From: a virus
Taxonomy: Duplodnaviria; Heunggongvirae; Uroviricota; Caudoviricetes
Direction: 5' to 3' (one strand)
Virus record (IMG/VR): IMGVR_UViG_2537561688_000020
DNA length: 21,544 bases
Positions 16,205 through 21,544 of this stretch are shown piece by piece. The notes under the pieces are model-generated. The model did not search any database. It was not told where the DNA came from and saw only the letters and a list, made by a program, of their open reading frames with translations. Within the stretch, counting starts at the first letter, position 1. Every line of letters begins with the position of its first letter. A program made the position numbers and the translations under genes.

Positions 16205-17257
16205 ATGAAAAATACTGTAAAAATAAACAGTGTTGATTTAATCAACGCTGATTGCCTGCATTTTATTCAGTCCCTGCCTGATGATTCCATTGACCTGATT
16301 GTTACCGATCCGCCGTACTTCAAGGTGAAACCCAACGGCTGGGACAATCAGTGGAAAGGGGACGAAGATTACCTTAAGTGGCTGGACCACTGTCTGGCCC
16401 AGTTCTGGCGGGTGTTAAAACCTGCCGGAAGCCTTTACCTGTTCTGTGGGCATCGCCTGGCATCTGATATTGAGATCATGATGCGTGAACGTTTCAACGT
16501 GCTTAACCATATCATCTGGGCGAAGCCGTCCGGACGTTGGAATGGGTGTAATAAAGAAAGTCTGCGCGCATATTTTCCTGCCACAGAGCGCGTTCTGTTT
16601 GCTGAACATTACCAGGGGCCATATCGCGGCAAAAGTGACGGCTATGCAGCAAAAGAAAGGGAACTCAAACAGCACATAATGGCACCGCTGATATCGTATT
16701 TCAGGGATGCTCGTGCCGAACTGGGTATAACGGCAAAACAAATTGCCGAAGCCACAGGTAAGAAAAATATGGTTTCCCACTGGTTTGGTGCCAGTCAGTG
16801 GCAGTTGCCGAATGAGGCTGACTATCGGAAGTTACAGGCACTGTTTTCCCGTATAGCGGCAGAGAAGTTTCAGGAACAACAACTGGAACAACCACACCAC
16901 CAGCTGGTGGCATCTTATGATTCACTGAATCGTAAATATTCTGAATTGCTGGATGAGTTTAAATCTCTCCGGCGCTATTTCTCCGTATCAGTCTCCGTGC
17001 CTTATACCGATGTCTGGATGCATAAACCCGTTCAGTTCTACCCGGGGAAACATCCGTGTGAGAAACCGGCGGATATGCTCAGGCAAATAATCAATGCCAG
17101 TAGTCGACCAGGTGATCTGGTTGCTGATTTTTTTATGGGATCCGGTTCCACAATAAAAGCAGCAATGGCGCTGGGGCGTCGGGCCTTAGGTGTTGAGCTT
17201 GAGTCAGAGCGGTTTAATCAGACAGTGAAAGAGATAAACGAGCTGGTGGGGAAATAA
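16205..17257 (+). CDS. Orphan DNA methyltransferase (N6-adenine or N4-cytosine, DPPY class)
   Basis: Catalytic motif IV, TDPPY, near the N-terminus. AdoMet-binding motif I (FFMGSGST) near the C-terminus. HPCEKP motif. No adjacent restriction endonuclease gene. Confidence 0.85.
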
Positions 17258-17263
17258 TCTGGT

Positions 17264-17289
17264 GGCCACGTCAGGTGGCCTTTTTATTT
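17264..17289 (+). terminator. Candidate terminator between the methyltransferase and the lysis cassette
   Basis: Stem ggccac / gtggcc with 5-nt loop, followed by TTTTTATTT. Confidence 0.4.
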
Positions 17290-17324
17290 CCATTACACAG
17301 CACCCGCATCTGCGAGGTGGGGTT

Positions 17325-17540
17325 ATGAAATCCATGGATAAGTTAACAACGGGTGTCGCCTATGGCACCTCAGCAGGTAGTGCCGGGTACTGGTTTTTAC
17401 AGTTGCTCGATAAAGTCACGCCCTCACAGTGGGCGGCAATAGGTGTGCTGGGTAGTCTGGTATTTGGCCTGCTGACGTACCTGACAAACCTTTATTTCAA
17501 GATTAAAGAAGATAAGCGCAAGGCTGCGAGAGGTGAATAA
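17325..17540 (+). CDS. S: Class II holin, phage 21 S-type pinholin with dual-start motif
   Basis: 71 aa from the MKSM dual start. Near-identical in pattern to the S21 sequence as I recall it ([17 protein letters not shown] ... [36 protein letters not shown]). Confidence 0.8.
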
Positions 17541-18037
17541 TGCCTCCATCATTACGAAAAGCCGTTGCTGCTGCTATTGGTGGCGGAGCAATTGCTATAG
17601 CATCAGTGTTAATCACTGGTCCAGGTGGTAACGATGGTCTGGAGGGTGTCAGCTACATACCATACAAAGATATTGTTGGTGTATGGACTGTATGTCACGG
17701 GCATACAGGAAAAGACATCATTCCCGGTAAAACGTATACCGAAGCAGAATGCAAAGCCCTCCTGAATAAAGACCTTGCCACGGTCGCCAGACAAATTAAC
17801 CCGTACATCAAAGTCGATATACCGGAAACAATGCGCGGCGCTCTTTACTCATTCGTTTACAACGTGGGTGCTGGCAATTTCAGAACATCGACGCTTCTTC
17901 GCAAAATAAACCAGGGCGATATCAAAGGCGCATGTGATCAGCTACGTCGCTGGACATATGCTGGCGGTAAGCAATGGAAAGGTCTCATGACTCGTCGTGA
18001 GATTGAGCGTGAAATCTGTTTGTGGGGTCAGCAATGA
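17540..18037 (+). CDS. R: SAR (signal-anchor-release) endolysin, phage 21 R-type lysozyme
   Basis: N-terminal Gly/Ala-rich SAR segment ([20 protein letters not shown]), then a lysozyme catalytic region. Matches R21 as I recall it. Start overlaps the holin stop. Confidence 0.9.
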   Translation: MPPSLRKAVAAAIGGGAIAIASVLITGPGGNDGLEGVSYIPYKDIVGVWTVCHGHTGKDIIPGKTYTEAECKALLNKDLATVARQINPYIKVDIPETMRGALYSFVYNVGAGNFRTSTLLRKINQGDIKGACDQLRRWTYAGGKQWKGLMTRREIEREICLWGQQ

Positions 18038-18492
18038 ACAGAGTAACCGCGATTATCTCCGCTCTGGTTATCTGCATCATCGTCTGCCTGTCATGGGCTG
18101 TTAATCATTACCGTGATAACGCAATCGCCTACAAAGAGCAGCGCGATAACAAGGCCAGTGAACTGGAGAAGGCGAACGCCACCATCGCTGACATGCGGAA
18201 GCGTCAACGTGATGTAGCAGAACTCGACGCAAGATACACAAAGGAGCTTGCTGATGCTAACGCGACTATCGAAAGTCTCCGTGCTGATGTTTCTGCTGGG
18301 CGTAAGCGCCTGCAAGTCGCCGCCACCTGTGCAAAGTCAACGACCGGAGCCAGCGGCATGGGCGATGGAGAAAGCCCAGGACTTACAGCAGATGCTGAAC
18401 TCAATTATTACCGTCTCCGAAGTGGAATCGACAGGATAACCGCGCAGGTTAACTACCTGCAGGAGTACATCAGGACGCAGTGCTTAAAATAA
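18034..18492 (+). CDS. Rz: Rz-like inner-membrane spanin (i-spanin)
   Basis: N-terminal TMD ([16 protein letters not shown]) followed by a coiled-coil-rich periplasmic domain. ATGA overlap with the endolysin stop. Confidence 0.8.
   Translation: MNRVTAIISALVICIIVCLSWAVNHYRDNAIAYKEQRDNKASELEKANATIADMRKRQRDVAELDARYTKELADANATIESLRADVSAGRKRLQVAATCAKSTTGASGMGDGESPGLTADAELNYYRLRSGIDRITAQVNYLQEYIRTQCLK
18248..18439 (+). CDS. Rz1: Rz1-like outer-membrane lipoprotein spanin (o-spanin), embedded in Rz in the +1 frame
   Basis: Lipobox (LLGVSAC) followed by a Pro-rich segment ([13 protein letters not shown]). Lies wholly inside Rz. Confidence 0.75.
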   Translation: MLMLTRLSKVSVLMFLLGVSACKSPPPVQSQRPEPAAWAMEKAQDLQQMLNSIITVSEVESTG

Positions 18493-18532
18493 TTTTAATT
18501 TCACTGAAATTTAACAAGTGACTTTCAGGAAA

Positions 18533-18558
18533 ATGCCTCGCAGATGCGGGGCATTTTT
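18533..18558 (+). terminator. Rho-independent terminator after the lysis cassette
   Basis: 9-bp stem (atgcctcgc / gcggggcat, one G-U pair), loop agat, then TTTTT. Confidence 0.5.
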
Positions 18559-18710
18559 GTACCGGTATTTCACCGCGCACCGCAGCGCACAATAAACACC
18601 GAACCTGACCCTTTGGAATGGGCCTTTGAGGATACCAGTTAGTGCTGGCGAGCCTCGGTGGGCTGGTTTCCTGTGCGGCAAAGGTTCATTTCAAAGAAGC
18701 AGGCAACGCC

Positions 18711-19259
18711 ATGAATGAATTAATTGCGAATCATGACTTCGACTTTCGCCAGTTAGTTACCGCAGCAGAAGGTCAACCGGTAACTGACACCTTCCAGATT
18801 GCCAGGGCATTTGGTAAACGCCATCAGCATGTGATTAGGGCTATTAAATGTTTGAGATGTTCTGAGGAATTCTCGACAACCCATTTTTGGGCCGTCGAGA
18901 AAATCAATGACTTAGGGATTTTTGACAAGAAACAGATTTACTACCGCATGGACTTTAGTGGCTTCGTTATGCTGGTTATGGGATTTAACGGAGCAAAAGC
19001 CGATGCTGTTAAAGAAGCCTATATCAATGCGTTTAACTGGATGTCAGCAGAACTCCGTAAGTACAGCGAAAGTTATGAAGCAGAACGTAACGCCGTAATG
19101 CTGGAGTACATGAAAGAGAAGGATGTCGCCAGCATGTCAGGCCGTCTGCTCAATCGCTGGGGGAGAACGAAAAAACCTCAATTGCTTGCAAAGCTGGAAC
19201 GTCTGGAGAGACAGGGACAGTTTTTATTACCGGGATTCGATAAAGGTATTCAAGCCTGA
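18711..19259 (+). CDS. Rha-family phage regulatory protein
   Basis: Start at the internal ATG (18711). Motifs typical of the Rha family (TDTFQIARAFGKRHQHVIRAI ... FVMLVMGFNGAKADAVKEAYINAFNWM). Confidence 0.7.
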   Translation: MNELIANHDFDFRQLVTAAEGQPVTDTFQIARAFGKRHQHVIRAIKCLRCSEEFSTTHFWAVEKINDLGIFDKKQIYYRMDFSGFVMLVMGFNGAKADAVKEAYINAFNWMSAELRKYSESYEAERNAVMLEYMKEKDVASMSGRLLNRWGRTKKPQLLAKLERLERQGQFLLPGFDKGIQA

Positions 19260-19580
19260 CACATTATGCGCTGTATCGTCGCCGTATTCCCGCATTAACC
19301 ATGACCGTAGCCCGACGGGGAACTCCTTCTGCGCGAGTGTGCGGGAATAATCAAAAACGATGCACACCGGGTTTTTACCGCGTTTATGGTTCGCGGGTTT
19401 GTCCCTCATGCTCGCCAGTCCCGTGCGGGGGTGGAAGAAACAGGACACTTACACAGATTCTTGTGGGCACGATGCTATGCCTTTCTGGATTATCCCGATG
19501 CCATTCATGCAAGGCGTTGTATCAGACGTTCGTCAGAGCTGTCAGGCTGACGGGTCCTCCCGGTGGGGTGGCCTGCCACG

Positions 19581-19597
19581 GGGCGGGAGCGTCGCGG
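19581..19597. other. Candidate cohesive-end site (cosN-like)
   Basis: acgGGGCGGGAGCGTCGCGG resembles lambda cosN (acgGGGCGGCGACCTCGCGG, about 14 of 18 positions). It lies about 180 bp upstream of the small-terminase start; lambda cosN is about 190 bp upstream of Nu1. Confidence 0.45.
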
Positions 19598-19766
19598 AAA
19601 AAGGCTAGTTTTTGAAATTTCATTCGTCATCACCACTACTGTAATGTATTGATATTGCAGTGGTTTTATTTTTGTGGTGTCGATTTTGATTGTTTTTTGT
19701 TCATCACTAACACCGTTTGCCTAAAGTTGTTCGCAAGATGCATGTTTAAAACATTCTGGAGCGGGT

Positions 19767-20261
19767 ATGGATCGAGAGTTAAAAAATCTGACGCTGAATA
19801 TCAGTCAACTGGCGGCACTGTCAGGTGTACATCGCCAGACTGCTGCGGCAAGGCTGCAAAATCTACCCGTTGCAGGGGGGCATGAAAGCAACCTCAAGCT
19901 TTATCGGGTGGTTGATATTGTGTCGGCATTTCTGGCATTACCACCGCCGGTTGCAGAAGGCGAAATGGACGCGCATGAGCGCAAAGCCTGGTATCAGTCT
20001 GAACGTGAGCGTCTTAAGTTCGAACAGGAAACGGCACAACTCATTCCGGCCAGTGATGTCAGACGGGAGTTTGCCATCTGGGCAAAAGCGGTCGTGCAGG
20101 TGCTGGAGACATTACCGGATATTCTTGAACGTGACTGCGGTCTGCAGCCTGCCGCTGTGAGCCGTGTTCAGTCCATTATTGATGATCTGCGCGATCAGAT
20201 AGCCCTGCGGGTGACCGAAGCAGGTGCGGATGATGAGGAGGAATTACAGCGGGAGGAGTAA
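19767..20261 (+). CDS. Terminase small subunit (Nu1-like)
   Basis: 164-aa ORF with N-terminal HTH-like segment (LNISQLAALSGVHRQTAAARL) and acidic C-terminus. Preceded by GGAG. Stop overlaps the large-subunit start. Confidence 0.6.
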   Translation: MDRELKNLTLNISQLAALSGVHRQTAAARLQNLPVAGGHESNLKLYRVVDIVSAFLALPPPVAEGEMDAHERKAWYQSERERLKFEQETAQLIPASDVRREFAIWAKAVVQVLETLPDILERDCGLQPAAVSRVQSIIDDLRDQIALRVTEAGADDEEELQREE

Positions 20262-21544
20262 TGCTGAATCAGGAAACCGCAAAGGCAGCACGAACCGATT
20301 CAGGTTATATCCTTCGCGCACCGAGACGAATGCGGGTTGCTGATGCCGTTGCTCAGTATATGCGGGTGCCCATGGGGGCAGGGAACTCAGTCCCGTGGGA
20401 TCCGCTGGTGGCACCGTATGTTATTGAGCCGATGAACTGCCTGGCCTCGCGTGAATACGACGCAGTGATATTTGTTGGCCCGGCACGAACCGGCAAGACT
20501 ATCGGCCTGATTGACGGCTGGGTGATTTACAACGTGATTTGCGATCCTGCTGATATGCTGATCATACAGATGACGGAGGAAAAAGCCCGCGAACACTCCA
20601 AAAAACGACTCGCCAGAACGTTTCGCGTCAGCCCGGAAGTGGTCAGTCGCCTGAGTCCGAACAAAAATGACAACAACGTTTATGACAGAACATTCCTTGC
20701 TGGTAACTACCTGAAAATCGGCTGGCCGTCAGTCAATATCATGTCCTCATCAGATTATAAATGCGTCGCGCTGACGGATTATGACCGTTTTCCGGAAGAT
20801 ATTGATGGCGAGGGGGATGCCTTCTCTCTTGCCTCAAAACGTACCACCACATTTATGTCCAGTGGTATGACGCTGGTGGAGAGTTCCCCCGGCAGGGATG
20901 TGAAGGATGTGAAATGGCGACGGACTTCACCGCATGAGGCTCCACCAACCACGGGGATACTGTCGCTCTATAACCGTGGCGATCGCCGTCGCTGGTACTG
21001 GCCCTGTCCACACTGTGGTGAGTATTTTCAGCCCTGCGGCGATGTGGTTGCTGGTTTCCGTGATATTGCCGATCCCGTGCTGGCAAGTGAGGCGGCTTAT
21101 ATTCAGTGTCCTTCCTGTTCAGGACGGATTATGCCTGAACAAAAACGTGAGCTGAACGGACGTGGGGTCTGGTTGCGGGATGGTGAATCCATCAATGCGG
21201 ATGGCAGTCGTTATGGTGATCCCCGACGCTCACGTATTGCGTCATTCTGGATGGAGGGTCCGGCAGCTGCTTACCAGACACTCTCGCAACTCGTTTACAA
21301 ACTGCTTACTGCAGAACAGGAATACGAGACAACCGGAAGTGAAGAAACACTCAAGACGGTTATCAATACCGACTGGGGATTACCTTATCTTCCCCGTGCC
21401 AGCATGGAGCAACGAAAAAGTGAACTGCTTGAGCAGCGGGCAGAGCCAGTTCCTTCCCGCAGTGTGCCGGATGGCGTTAATTTCCTGGTGGCGACAGTGG
21501 ATGTGCAGGCGGGACGTCATCGCCGTTTTGTGGTTCAGGTAACG
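20261..21544 (+). CDS. Terminase large subunit (lambda gpA-like), 3'-truncated by the window end
   Basis: Frame is open from the ATG at 20261 to the window end (428 codons, hand-translated; absent from the ORF track because it has no stop). P-loop GPARTGKT. The segment WYWPCPHCGEYF ... CPSCSG ... VATVDVQ parallels lambda gpA (ACPHCGEE ... AGIDSQ). Confidence 0.85.
   Translation, partial: MLNQETAKAARTDSGYILRAPRRMRVADAVAQYMRVPMGAGNSVPWDPLVAPYVIEPMNCLASREYDAVIFVGPARTGKTIGLIDGWVIYNVICDPADMLIIQMTEEKAREHSKKRLARTFRVSPEVVSRLSPNKNDNNVYDRTFLAGNYLKIGWPSVNIMSSSDYKCVALTDYDRFPEDIDGEGDAFSLASKRTTTFMSSGMTLVESSPGRDVKDVKWRRTSPHEAPPTTGILSLYNRGDRRRWYWPCPHCGEYFQPCGDVVAGFRDIADPVLASEAAYIQCPSCSGRIMPEQKRELNGRGVWLRDGESINADGSRYGDPRRSRIASFWMEGPAAAYQTLSQLVYKLLTAEQEYETTGSEETLKTVINTDWGLPYLPRASMEQRKSELLEQRAEPVPSRSVPDGVNFLVATVDVQAGRHRRFVVQVT

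Noticed and set aside
19227-19615. Three overlapping ORFs (73, 104 and 82 aa) in the cos region
   Set aside because: GC-rich, mutually overlapping, no RBS, and they sit where the cos elements are expected. Treated as non-coding.
20387-21542. Four short ORFs from the track inside the terminase large-subunit region
   Set aside because: All lie antisense to or out of frame with the uninterrupted 428-codon gpA-like frame starting at 20261.
1-21544. tRNA genes, CRISPR arrays, IS elements or transposase
   Set aside because: No T-loop-like GTTCGA motif in the candidate non-coding regions, no regularly spaced direct repeats with spacers, and no transposase-like ORF or terminal inverted repeats. The only mobile element is the prophage itself.

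Overview
This window is the left two-thirds of a lambdoid, cos-type prophage (phage 21/lambda-like lysis and packaging genes; CPS-53/Qin-like early genes), read from its left attachment junction to the start of the head-packaging genes. Order: a truncated 5' fragment of prfC (RF3) at the junction, then a P4-type tyrosine integrase (+), then a leftward-transcribed block (-) holding an AT-rich cargo island with a DcdV-like P-loop/deoxycytidylate-deaminase gene, an excisionase-like HTH gene, two DUF551 genes, an HD-domain nucleotidase, two conserved early-left genes and a CI-like S24 repressor. A divergent Cro-like gene (+) starts a tightly translationally coupled rightward operon: unknowns, an O-like initiator with internal iterons, a PerC-like regulator, a LexA-N-terminal-domain-only protein, RusA, a KilA-N protein, a DUF968 protein and a Q-like antiterminator. 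After Q come a candidate late promoter and terminator, an AT-rich lipoprotein gene bracketed by two copies of the same terminator, an orphan DPPY DNA methyltransferase, a phage-21-type lysis cassette (pinholin, SAR endolysin, Rz with embedded Rz1), a Rha-family gene, a lambda-like cosN candidate, and Nu1-like/gpA-like terminase genes (large subunit runs off the window). No tRNA, rRNA, CRISPR array or IS element was seen. The most notable item is the DcdV-like nucleotide-depletion defence candidate next to the integrase with an uncharacterised ~540 bp upstream region; second is an ORF-free, stem-loop-rich ~600 bp leader where an N gene would be expected. All calls rest on reading the sequence and recalled family signatures; no database search was run.
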